Source: a virus
Lineage: Duplodnaviria; Caudoviricetes
Length of the DNA stretch: 38,623 nt
Virus record (IMG/VR): IMGVR_UViG_3300033407_000061
Span: 1 to 38,623 of that record
Reading direction: 5' to 3' (one strand)
This document shows positions 10,379 through 19,547 of this stretch, one piece after another. The notes under the pieces were generated by a model that searched no databases, was not told where the DNA came from, and saw only the letters and a list, made by a program, of their open reading frames with translations. Position 1 is the stretch's first letter; each line of letters opens with the position of its first letter. Made by a program: the position numbers and the translations under genes.

Positions 10379-10886
10379 TAACTTTGAACCAGCTGAGACA
10401 CAAGGCCCATTTGTACCTCCTAATATCATTATTCCAGATGATTGGAAAGAGGCGCAGCTGGCCCTAACCAATTACCTAATCAAGGTAGCTGAAGCCGTCA
10501 ATGCTCGCGACATTGGGCAGTATCAAGACGCCAACGTTAGTGGGGGAGTTAACATCTCCGACACAGTGACAGGGCAAGCCTGGTATACAACAGGAGACGC
10601 CAATAAGTTTCGCTACGGCTCAAGGACAGTAGTAAAGATGGGAACCCTTGCAAATGCAGGAGCCACAACGGTTGCTCACGGTATAGCTGTGACCTCAAAC
10701 ACGGTTTTTACTCATATATGGGGAGTAGCTAATAACCCAGGAACGCTATCCTACCCACTACCAAACCCTGGAATAGATTCCGTCTCTGTGGAAGTAAACG
10801 CGACAAATGTAATCGTCACATCGACGACAGATTTAACCGCATTCACGGACTGTTTTGTGGTATTAGAGTGGGTCGATAGTGTATGA
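10371..10886 (+). CDS. Putative tail protein
   Basis: 171 aa, TTG start with GGAGG RBS. Confidence 0.6.
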   Translation: MTSNFEPAETQGPFVPPNIIIPDDWKEAQLALTNYLIKVAEAVNARDIGQYQDANVSGGVNISDTVTGQAWYTTGDANKFRYGSRTVVKMGTLANAGATTVAHGIAVTSNTVFTHIWGVANNPGTLSYPLPNPGIDSVSVEVNATNVIVTSTTDLTAFTDCFVVLEWVDSV

Positions 10887-10913
10887 TAAATATTAAATTA
10901 CTAGGAGGATACA

Positions 10914-11429
10914 ATGGCTGACTGGATGGGTATATCAGGTGGTTATAATCAATTAGGGACTCAGAACAACCAACAACAACAGCTTTTTTCACAGCTATTG
11001 AGTGGATTGGGTGGTGCCCAAGGGTCTGGCCTCGAATGGTTACAGAAGATTCTTTCAGGAGATGAGGGAGCATTTGCGGACTACGAAGCACCCTATAAGC
11101 GACAGTTTGAACAGGAAACAATGCCAGGTATTGCCGAACGCTTCTCAGGAATGGGGACAGGAGGAGCACAAAGCTCTTCTGCAATGAATAACTCCATGGC
11201 ACAAGCGGGTGGTGAACTCAGCCAGAATCTAGCTGCTCTTCGTGGTGGCCTCCAACAGAATGCTATGGGAATGCTTCAAGGAATGATGGGACGGGGATAT
11301 CAGCCTACATTCGAGAACGTCTACCAGCAGCCAACTGCAGGAATTATCCCAGGAATGATTCAAGGTGCAGGTCAAGGGACCAGCATGTACGCAGGTATGC
11401 AGGGGCTCAAATCAATGGGGATTTTCTAA
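10914..11429 (+). CDS. Putative DNA ejection (pilot) protein
   Basis: Gly/Gln/Met-rich; first of three helical proteins after the nozzle gene; AGGAGG RBS. Confidence 0.55.
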   Translation: MADWMGISGGYNQLGTQNNQQQQLFSQLLSGLGGAQGSGLEWLQKILSGDEGAFADYEAPYKRQFEQETMPGIAERFSGMGTGGAQSSSAMNNSMAQAGGELSQNLAALRGGLQQNAMGMLQGMMGRGYQPTFENVYQQPTAGIIPGMIQGAGQGTSMYAGMQGLKSMGIF

Positions 11430-11430
11430 A

Positions 11431-12945
11431 ATGGTAACAACGATTACACCAAGAGATATCGGGGGCGACATCGGACGCAGCGTCGGCGGTGGATTCGGTG
11501 ATGCCATGAAGATGCTTACCCAAAGGCAAATGCAACAGGGAGGTCTCGATCAGCTACAGAAAACTCTAAGAGAGAAGTATCAAGAGCAAGTAGAAGATCC
11601 TGAAACCGGAGAGATTTCGTATAAGCAAAAAGCTAATATTGATCCTCTTGAAATGATCATTGATATGCAGAAAGGAACTGCCGGGATTCCAGGGCTTTCG
11701 CAGTCATTCACTGAGAATTTAGCTCCATTGCTATTAAAGCGAGCACAAAGCCAGGCATCCACAAAAACAGCATACGGGGATGTCGAACAGGAGGTGTTCC
11801 CAGAGGGAACGAACCTACCTCGCGCGCTAACGGATAAAATAACTCAACTATCTAATGCTGCTAATAGACGTAGAGGCGAGTTCGATGCTATGGGTGAAGA
11901 CCTCATGGCTGTCGTCCCTAAGTTTGGCGAGCAAGCTCCTGCGTATGGAGTGCCTTCTCTAGCTGAAATGGCTAAAAGCTCACAAGAAATGGCGGCTCTT
12001 GGAGCTTCCCCAAGTGAGATATATGCGGCTCAACAGCAAAAGGTGCAACAGGGATTACAATCATACAAAGCCGAAAGGCAGGGCTGGGAAGACAAGGTTA
12101 AAGAATTCTCTATGGCTAGAGGATTAGAAGATCAACAACTCAATTTCCTAAGTGGACCTGATCAAAAGGGTGGCCGAATCGGGGGGTGGCTAGCCGATAA
12201 CAAGATAGATAATTCTCAGTTTTGGCATGACCAAGGCTATCGTGCCTTCCAAAACGAGAAGAAGAAGAATCCTGGTTTTACCGATGAAAAACTATGGACC
12301 GATTCCAAAGCACACCTGGATAACCTAAAGAATCTCGAAGCTCGTGGACGTAAGGAAGCAACTAAACCCTGGATAATTCCAGGTTTGCAGGACAAAAAAG
12401 CTCGCGACTCCTTTCAGAACTCTAAGAAGTTTGCCGAATCCTATTACAAGATGGCAGGAAATACTCCTGAAACAAGAGAGCGAATGAAATCCATTCTAGC
12501 AGATAATGGTTGGGATGAGGATTACGTTTTATCAATCGCACAACCGCCCTCGAAGGAGTTGGAAAGCTGGTTCGATTCATTACCGAAATTACCGATTAGC
12601 GCAACTGCTATGTCTGTTGGTCACGCAGCTGAAATAGGCAAAAAACAACAAGCTGTTATGGACACCATAATGGATACGGTTAGCGATCTTGTTGGTGATC
12701 GTCTTGTCGAAGATGGGCAACAAGCTCGCAAACCAATGATTGGAACAACGGATAGCCTCCTTCTTCTAAGAAACAGACTAGTTAGAGAAAAGAACATGAA
12801 CAAGTTCCAAGCAAACGAGGTGATAAAAGAAATCGGAAATAGAGGGTTTTTGTCAGATCCACAGAAATCAGAAATACCACTGTTGGGGCAGAGCATTAAA
12901 ATGATTCCAATGTATGACATCTTCACAGATGCGGTGGAGAGTTAG
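11431..12945 (+). CDS. Putative DNA ejection / internal virion protein
   Basis: Helical, about 504 aa from ATG 11431; N-terminal IGRSVGGGFG. Confidence 0.55.
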   Translation: MVTTITPRDIGGDIGRSVGGGFGDAMKMLTQRQMQQGGLDQLQKTLREKYQEQVEDPETGEISYKQKANIDPLEMIIDMQKGTAGIPGLSQSFTENLAPLLLKRAQSQASTKTAYGDVEQEVFPEGTNLPRALTDKITQLSNAANRRRGEFDAMGEDLMAVVPKFGEQAPAYGVPSLAEMAKSSQEMAALGASPSEIYAAQQQKVQQGLQSYKAERQGWEDKVKEFSMARGLEDQQLNFLSGPDQKGGRIGGWLADNKIDNSQFWHDQGYRAFQNEKKKNPGFTDEKLWTDSKAHLDNLKNLEARGRKEATKPWIIPGLQDKKARDSFQNSKKFAESYYKMAGNTPETRERMKSILADNGWDEDYVLSIAQPPSKELESWFDSLPKLPISATAMSVGHAAEIGKKQQAVMDTIMDTVSDLVGDRLVEDGQQARKPMIGTTDSLLLLRNRLVREKNMNKFQANEVIKEIGNRGFLSDPQKSEIPLLGQSIKMIPMYDIFTDAVES

Positions 12946-12946
12946 C

Positions 12947-14794
12947 ATGAATCCGTTTACCACCGCTCAAGCATTTGGTCACAGTGCAGAAGATATCTTA
13001 AAGTTTTCAGCCAATGCTATCCCAGGTTTGGAAGACAAAATCAAGTATGCGCTTGCAGCTGGTTACGCTGCGGATGAAGTTCTGAAGTTCTTACAGAATT
13101 CGTTCCAGGGTAAGATTCCAAAGTCTATGACAAAACGGAGTAGTGGAGACGACAGATCTGCTATCACAAAGTCAATGGGGCCTCACGAACCTGATCCCGT
13201 TATGCAAATGAAAGCCTTTGCAAAGCAGAGGAACATCGGAGATCTCCTAGATCCAGGCCGCCTTGCCTTGACAGCTGGGGGAGCAGCAGCTGGGTTTGCT
13301 ATGGGTGGGCCAATGGGAGCGGCAGCAGGAGCCTATGGTGGAAACGCAGCCCACGAGGAAATGCTCAAGAAATACGAAGAGCATATTCAGGAAGGTGGAC
13401 AGATGAGCTTTGAGGATTACCTCAAGAGCCTCATGAAAGGAGGGGCCAAGGGGGTAGGCGCATATGCAGCAGCAAGCCAAGTTCCCAAGGTGCTCGCAGC
13501 TTTACAAGCAGGAAAAGCAGAATCAGGGGGAACAGACTCACCAGCAGGACAGATTGAACAGGGACAAGCTCAAGCCGCAGGGACTTTACAAGCAGGAACA
13601 CCACAAGACCTTCAAGGAATGGGGCCAGAAGAAAGTTTCAAAGCGCTAGAAGCGGAAAATCTAGGCCTGTTCATGCAAAGATATGGTACAAAGCTCGTTC
13701 AGAAAGACTTTATTGATTATCTCAGGTCTCAAATAGGAAAAGCTAAGTTCAAAGCGCTCGGAGACAAGCACGGAAGGCCAGCAGAGGAGATAGTCGGGCA
13801 AGCTTGGGAGTTTATCCAAGCAGGATCGCAACAGCCACCAGAAGGACCGCAAGGAGTTCAACAGCCTCCTCAAATACAACAAGGCACCCCAACAGAGCAA
13901 AGCGTAGAAACAGACACTCTAGCAGAGATGGCAGGCGGTCCAGGTGTAGCAATTAATTCGTTAGATGAAAGTGTAAATCGCGATGTAAAGCAGCTTGACA
14001 TTGGTGAGAGAGATGAGAGCTTCCTTGCCGATATATTCCACAATATATTTGCAGAACCAGAATACCCAACAGCTCCAAGCGACAAGAAACGAACGGTCGC
14101 ACCTTTGGCGAACGCTCTCAAATCATCAAATGTGCGTGGTGGACAGTGGGATAGTCAAACCGGTGAGATGCGTATAATATTCCAACCGACAGAAGGCACC
14201 CCGGAAGGGGGAGCGGTTTATACATACCCCAACGTCGATAAAAAGGCATGGGAAGATCTCACAGGCGGTAAAGCCACACCTCTCACAGAAGGATCAAATA
14301 TATTTGGGTTCTGGGATAGAGGGAAAAGCAAGAGTATCGGAGCGGCATTCAGTGCAAAAATTAAAAAGAATGCTGATAATTACCCTCCAACTAAGCTGGC
14401 AGAAGAGAACATAACTGTAGGCGAGAATCAAATCAGAACAGCCGACAGAGTTTTCATGGTATCGGACCTATTTGCACCATTCAAAAAAGTAAGAATGGAT
14501 GGACGTAGAAAGATGAAATCATCCGACCTTAACCAATGGGTAAAGGACTATGCAGATTACTCATCAGAAGATATATTTGAAATGATTGAAATGGTTGAGG
14601 AAAATCTTAAAGGCGAACTGAAAAACTACCCATCCGATGCTCGTTTAAAGAAAGAAATAACCTCTAAATTCGGTGTTACATTCAATCCAACTGAAAAAGA
14701 GAAAGAAAAGCTTGCAGCGAAAGAAGCTAAGAAAAAAGAGCAGCTAGCTAAGAAGGCAGCTCGAGAAGCAGCGAAGAAGAGGAAAAAAGGATGA
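12947..14794 (+). CDS. Putative ejection protein with a KTSC-like domain and Lys-rich tail
   Basis: Gly/Ala hydrophobic segment; SSNVRGGQWDSQTGEMRIIF...VYTYPNVDKKAWEDL...SIGAAF fits the KTSC pattern. Confidence 0.55.
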   Translation: MNPFTTAQAFGHSAEDILKFSANAIPGLEDKIKYALAAGYAADEVLKFLQNSFQGKIPKSMTKRSSGDDRSAITKSMGPHEPDPVMQMKAFAKQRNIGDLLDPGRLALTAGGAAAGFAMGGPMGAAAGAYGGNAAHEEMLKKYEEHIQEGGQMSFEDYLKSLMKGGAKGVGAYAAASQVPKVLAALQAGKAESGGTDSPAGQIEQGQAQAAGTLQAGTPQDLQGMGPEESFKALEAENLGLFMQRYGTKLVQKDFIDYLRSQIGKAKFKALGDKHGRPAEEIVGQAWEFIQAGSQQPPEGPQGVQQPPQIQQGTPTEQSVETDTLAEMAGGPGVAINSLDESVNRDVKQLDIGERDESFLADIFHNIFAEPEYPTAPSDKKRTVAPLANALKSSNVRGGQWDSQTGEMRIIFQPTEGTPEGGAVYTYPNVDKKAWEDLTGGKATPLTEGSNIFGFWDRGKSKSIGAAFSAKIKKNADNYPPTKLAEENITVGENQIRTADRVFMVSDLFAPFKKVRMDGRRKMKSSDLNQWVKDYADYSSEDIFEMIEMVEENLKGELKNYPSDARLKKEITSKFGVTFNPTEKEKEKLAAKEAKKKEQLAKKAAREAAKKRKKG

Positions 14795-14931
14795 CAAAAG
14801 ATGCCTTTCCAAAGGCTCTATTCCTCAAAGAATTAGAGCAATTGAAAAAAGACGAAATGAAAATATTGTTGAAAGTCCTCAAGCAGCACCACAAGCGACA
14901 AGTCAGCAAAAAGAAAACAACTAAAAAGTAG
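14791..14931 (+). CDS. Small basic hypothetical protein (46 aa)
   Basis: ATGA overlap with the upstream gene; MTKDAFPKALFLKELEQLKK... Confidence 0.4.
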   Translation: MTKDAFPKALFLKELEQLKKDEMKILLKVLKQHHKRQVSKKKTTKK

Positions 14932-14991
14932 AGTACAACCATTTTTTTTTGTATTCTAAAATTACATTAACCACATCATAGGAGTTGTCTG

Positions 14992-16473
14992 ATGGGTATT
15001 GAAAGAGATGGACAAGATCCGCAGGGATACGTCGGAATTAGTCCAATTAAAAATCCAAGTACAGTAGTAGCCAAACGAGCACCAGGATCAGGAGATCGCC
15101 GATATAAGATCGGTACACCCTGGATAGATAGAACTGCCGCCTCAGTATATTTCCTTACAGATGTAGCAGCAGGAGCAGCGAATTGGGCAATTGCAGCTCC
15201 AGGAGCGTCAGACGTTGACACCCTGACGGGTGACACTGGGGGGCCATTGAGTCCCACTGCCGGAAACATGAATATCCTTGGTGGCACGAACATGGCTGTC
15301 GCAGGGGCTGGTTCAACTTTGACCTTGAATGTTGATTCAGCAAGCACGTTTGCAACGTCTGTAACATCTCCTTCAATCGTTGGTACAACATCCGTTACGT
15401 CTCCAATTTACACCACCGCGGCAGCTGACACAAACATCAATTCAGCAGCGGGTCAGGACATTATCTTGCAGATGGGTGATGCGGCAGCAGCCAACAAGAT
15501 TTCGTTCGAAGATGTAGCTAGCGTTGAAGTTGCTAGTCTTGATTCAGATGGAGCACTGACAGTCGTTAGCATGGATGGTGTGATTGGTTCGGTTACACCT
15601 GCAGCCGGAACGTTCACTACTCTTACAGGTACAACCATTGATGGTGTGATTGGTTCGGTTACACCTGCAGCAGCGACGTTTACTACAGCAGTCGCAACAA
15701 CAAGTTTAAGCTCGCCTATTTGGACAAGCACCGGCGCAATGGCACTCAACATGCCAGCAGGTGCTTTTGATCTCACAGTTAAACTAGCCGATGCAGCGGG
15801 AGCACAGAAACTAAGCATCACAGACTCAGCTTCATCAGAGATTGCTAGTCTTGATTCTGATGGACAGTTGAATTTACTTGCTGGTGATGCTGTTATTACC
15901 CGGTCGTCTGCTTCTGCTGATGTTACGGTACAAGTAACAAACTCCGACAACACAGCTGCCGACTCCGATGCTTTCTTCGAAGCAGCTGTTGGTGGAACTA
16001 GTGGTGGCAACGCTGGTATTCGCTTCCAGATCTCTGGTGGTCAGAACTACTCAATGGGAATTGACAACGCAGACAGCGACAAGCTCGTTATCTGTGCTGA
16101 CAACGACCTCGGGACTGACGTACTAGTGAAAATGGACGAAACAACAAAGGATTTCGAAGTCTTCCAAGGTAACCTTGTAATCGGTGCGGTTGCTAAGCAG
16201 CTACAAATGAATGGTGGTGCGGTAACCGATTTCATCGGACAGGCCACTCTATCAAGCGGTGTCGCTACTGTTTTAAACACAAATATTGCAGCAGGCGACA
16301 GGGTGTTTTTGACTCGATCATCTACAAATAGTTCAACTGGATTAGGAGAACTAGTGGTTACAATCAACGCCTCAACTAGCTTTGTGATTACATCAGTAGA
16401 TGTAGCGGATGGTTCAACAACTATCACAGCAGATACGTCTATTGTTGATTATTTCATCGTAAGACAGAACTAG
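14992..16473 (+). CDS. Tail fibre/spike protein 1
   Basis: Thr/Ala/Gly/Ser-rich beta protein with repeats IGSVTPAAGTFTT; AGGAG RBS. Confidence 0.7.
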   Translation: MGIERDGQDPQGYVGISPIKNPSTVVAKRAPGSGDRRYKIGTPWIDRTAASVYFLTDVAAGAANWAIAAPGASDVDTLTGDTGGPLSPTAGNMNILGGTNMAVAGAGSTLTLNVDSASTFATSVTSPSIVGTTSVTSPIYTTAAADTNINSAAGQDIILQMGDAAAANKISFEDVASVEVASLDSDGALTVVSMDGVIGSVTPAAGTFTTLTGTTIDGVIGSVTPAAATFTTAVATTSLSSPIWTSTGAMALNMPAGAFDLTVKLADAAGAQKLSITDSASSEIASLDSDGQLNLLAGDAVITRSSASADVTVQVTNSDNTAADSDAFFEAAVGGTSGGNAGIRFQISGGQNYSMGIDNADSDKLVICADNDLGTDVLVKMDETTKDFEVFQGNLVIGAVAKQLQMNGGAVTDFIGQATLSSGVATVLNTNIAAGDRVFLTRSSTNSSTGLGELVVTINASTSFVITSVDVADGSTTITADTSIVDYFIVRQN

Positions 16474-16565
16474 TCAAATACCCCTAGCACAAGGCTAGGG
16501 GTATTGTGAATACGAGCAAAACTTTAAGGAGCGGGAATTCCCCCGGCGGTACCCTTCCCGACAAC
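16473..16565 (-). mobile_element. MITE-B copy at a gene junction
   Basis: GTCAAATACCCCTAGCACAAGGCTAGGGGTATTG...TTCCCGACAAC followed by ATAATG; excision leaves TAATAATG. Confidence 0.8.
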
Positions 16566-16568
16566 ATA

Positions 16569-16904
16569 ATGGCATCAACCAACAAAATAGAACCGAACGT
16601 AAGACACACTTTCAACAGTGCTAGCCTGACAGGATCCTACCAGAGCATGAGTGCTGGTGGGTTTTCCTTCGATTTAGCTGTCTATAAGGCCTACAACGGT
16701 GGAACGACAGACGTAGACGTCTCATATGATGGTGTAAACGATCACGATTTCATACCTGCTGGTGGAACATTTATATTAGATATTCAATCTAACAAGGAAG
16801 GCGATAAGGCAGCATGGCCAAAAGGAAGACAAACATTTCTTAAGGGTACAGCTGGAACGGGAACAATCTACGAAACAGGCTATTCCATCAAGAGGGCGCA
16901 ATGA
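16569..16904 (+). CDS. Small virion protein (hypothetical)
   Basis: MASTNKIEP...; the ORF-track start at 16506 lies inside MITE-B. Confidence 0.6.
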   Translation: MASTNKIEPNVRHTFNSASLTGSYQSMSAGGFSFDLAVYKAYNGGTTDVDVSYDGVNDHDFIPAGGTFILDIQSNKEGDKAAWPKGRQTFLKGTAGTGTIYETGYSIKRAQ

Positions 16905-19264
16905 GTCAATTATTTCGTGGGGCAGCTGGTGGTGGGGCTTTGGGGAATGTCACTGGAACACCTCCAACTACCGACAATGCGATTGCACGGTATGATGGTG
17001 TAACGGGTCTCATAATTCAAAATTCCGATATCATAATTGATGATGACGGAAATCTAGATGCACAGGCCACCTTTACCGGAAGCACCAAGTTTTTCCTACT
17101 CCAAAATAATGATAATACCGCTGGATCATCTGCTAAAATCTCTCAGTTGGTCGGCGGAACATCGGCAGGGGACGTATATGATGAATTTTCTATTGGTTCA
17201 ACTCGTTCTTATGCTTTTGGCGTGGACAATAATGATAGTCAGACGTTCAAACTAACAACAGATGCAGCAGCAAACGTCGATCCATCATCAGGAACCACAC
17301 TGATTGACATCACCTCAGCTGGGGAGATTTCCTTTCCGTCGGCGACCCTCACACAACATGGAGTCTTAGTGGTTGGGGCTTCTGGCCTTCTTGCATCAAC
17401 CGCAGTTGGAACATCTGGCGACGTACTCACATCAAACGGTGCAGGGTTAGCTCCAACATACCAGCCACCAACAACGGGAACGGTTACTAGCGTCTCGGGA
17501 ACTACAAATCGCATTAGCTCGACAGGCGGGGCTACCCCAGTCATTGACATTGATGCTGCTTATGTCGGTCAAACATCTCTTACAACACTTGGAACGGTAA
17601 CGACCGGCACATGGAACGGCACCGCCGTAACGGTGCCATTCGGAGGAACAGGTTTAACAACTCTTACCGATCACGCCGTAATTATAGGAGCCGGAACATC
17701 GACGCCTTCGTTCGTTGGCCCTGTATCGGCTACTGGTGCGGCATTAGTATCGAATGGTGTGGGGAGTGACCCTGGGTTCACTTCCGCAACCTACCCACTA
17801 ACATCTACAGCGAATGAAATTCTTTATTCGAGTGCAACAAATACAATAACAGGCCTCGCCTCTGGTAATAATGGTGTATTGATTACCAGTGCAACAGGTG
17901 TCCCCTCGGTTCTTGCAGCAGGAACGACCGGCCAAGTGCTAACAGCTACGACCGGATCACCTCCATCATGGGCAGCAGGAGGTGGGACGGTTACGAGCGT
18001 ATCAGGAACTACAAATCGCATTAGTTCAACAGGTGGCGCAACTCCAGTTATTGACATCGATTCAGCGTATGTTGGTCAAACATCTCTTACAACTCTAGGT
18101 ACAGTCACCACAGGCACATGGAACGCTGACGTGGTTACGGTACCATTCGGAGGAACAGGGCTCGCCACTATTACCGACCACGGAATTATGCTCGGTAGTG
18201 GCACTGGTGCGGTAACCCCTACGGCAGCGCCCGTAGATGGACAGCTTCTAGTAGGTGCAGCATCTGCCGACCCAAACCTGATTACGTCTTGGATGCAACA
18301 AGGGAACAACTGCTGGTTTTGGAACCTTTCTTTTACACATTCAGCAGGAACTCTAACCCTAGCAGGTGCAGACGGAACAGCCCTTAGTACCACAAATCCG
18401 GGCTATGTATGTATGCAATCTAATGCAACAGCAGGTCGCCTGGTTCTGCATACGATCACCGCAAACGACACGCTTACAGTTTCGGATATGACTGACAATC
18501 TTTTTGGAACTACAAATGCTATCGCTTGGGGAAGTAGTATGCCATTATTTGTTGGATTTACATCAGATAGTACAGACGCTAATCTGGAACCCGTAATTTG
18601 TCGACTGCCACATATGGGGGTAACACCAGCATCAAGCGCGAATATGGGCGACCCTTCTTCGGCAAATGCCGACTTAGAAAGCTCTATTTTCTTTTTTAAT
18701 GATGTTACTGAAGGCGATTATCAATCCATGCAGTTGGGGCTAATCGGTTCTTTGACCGCAACAAAAGCAGTCACGACAAATGCTTGGACATTAGACGCAC
18801 TTACGAATCAAGACGGTGTGGGACAATGGAATGATAGTCGAGCTTTCACATTTCCAGTATCTCAAAACGGAGCCGGTACGGGAAAATATTTTGCACAAGA
18901 TGCAAATACAGCGCCTGCATTTAGTACGAATTCAGCAACTTACTTTCTATCAAGGGATGGGAGAGTGAGGTATCAATATGCTGGAATAACTGTTACGACA
19001 TCGGGAACTGGAATAAGTGTTTTAGAAATAATTATACCATTATTCAGAAATGCATCCCATGCAAATGAACAAAACCCAGTAAAATTCTTCGACAATAGTG
19101 CATCAACAGTACGAATTGGAATTGCTTCAACGAGAGGAGGAAATGCTCACAGAGCGGACTTCTTTATTAATGGGCTGGCAACGGGTGAGGTACTGCAACA
19201 GGATGTGATAACAACCGATCAAATATATGTTACCTTCGATTACGTGGCAACAACAACAGCTTAG
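16901..19264 (+). CDS. Tail fibre protein 2
   Basis: TDNAIARYDGVTG, GTWNGTAVTVPFGGTG and GQVLT fibre motifs; internal duplication. Confidence 0.8.
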   Translation: MSQLFRGAAGGGALGNVTGTPPTTDNAIARYDGVTGLIIQNSDIIIDDDGNLDAQATFTGSTKFFLLQNNDNTAGSSAKISQLVGGTSAGDVYDEFSIGSTRSYAFGVDNNDSQTFKLTTDAAANVDPSSGTTLIDITSAGEISFPSATLTQHGVLVVGASGLLASTAVGTSGDVLTSNGAGLAPTYQPPTTGTVTSVSGTTNRISSTGGATPVIDIDAAYVGQTSLTTLGTVTTGTWNGTAVTVPFGGTGLTTLTDHAVIIGAGTSTPSFVGPVSATGAALVSNGVGSDPGFTSATYPLTSTANEILYSSATNTITGLASGNNGVLITSATGVPSVLAAGTTGQVLTATTGSPPSWAAGGGTVTSVSGTTNRISSTGGATPVIDIDSAYVGQTSLTTLGTVTTGTWNADVVTVPFGGTGLATITDHGIMLGSGTGAVTPTAAPVDGQLLVGAASADPNLITSWMQQGNNCWFWNLSFTHSAGTLTLAGADGTALSTTNPGYVCMQSNATAGRLVLHTITANDTLTVSDMTDNLFGTTNAIAWGSSMPLFVGFTSDSTDANLEPVICRLPHMGVTPASSANMGDPSSANADLESSIFFFNDVTEGDYQSMQLGLIGSLTATKAVTTNAWTLDALTNQDGVGQWNDSRAFTFPVSQNGAGTGKYFAQDANTAPAFSTNSATYFLSRDGRVRYQYAGITVTTSGTGISVLEIIIPLFRNASHANEQNPVKFFDNSASTVRIGIASTRGGNAHRADFFINGLATGEVLQQDVITTDQIYVTFDYVATTTA

Positions 19265-19286
19265 GTGTTCTAAAAGGAGTAAACCT

Positions 19287-19544
19287 GTGCAACCAGAAGA
19301 CATGAAATCCATCGATGAGATGGAACAAATGAAATTGAATATCAAAGGTAGCTGCTGCTTGTCTGGAGATTATCAAGTGTGGGAAGTACTGCAGGCTTTG
19401 GTTATGAATGATGGTCCAAAGCTAGATGAAATGCGCAAAAGATACCAAATGCTTGAGAGTGCTTACAACAAATTCGTTGAGGACGTAGATAGTGGTGACG
19501 AAGACCTAAAGAATATCGCTATCAATTCCTTTAGGAGACCTTAG
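19287..19544 (+). CDS. Hypothetical protein (possible fibre chaperone)
   Basis: AAGGAG RBS before GTG 19287; lies between fibre genes. Confidence 0.45.
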   Translation: MQPEDMKSIDEMEQMKLNIKGSCCLSGDYQVWEVLQALVMNDGPKLDEMRKRYQMLESAYNKFVEDVDSGDEDLKNIAINSFRRP

Positions 19545-19547
19545 TCC

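Noticed and set aside
15453-16427. Long antisense ORFs opposite the tail fibre and other structural genes
   Set aside because: Expected shadows of Thr/Ala/Gly/Ser codon bias; no RBS or motifs
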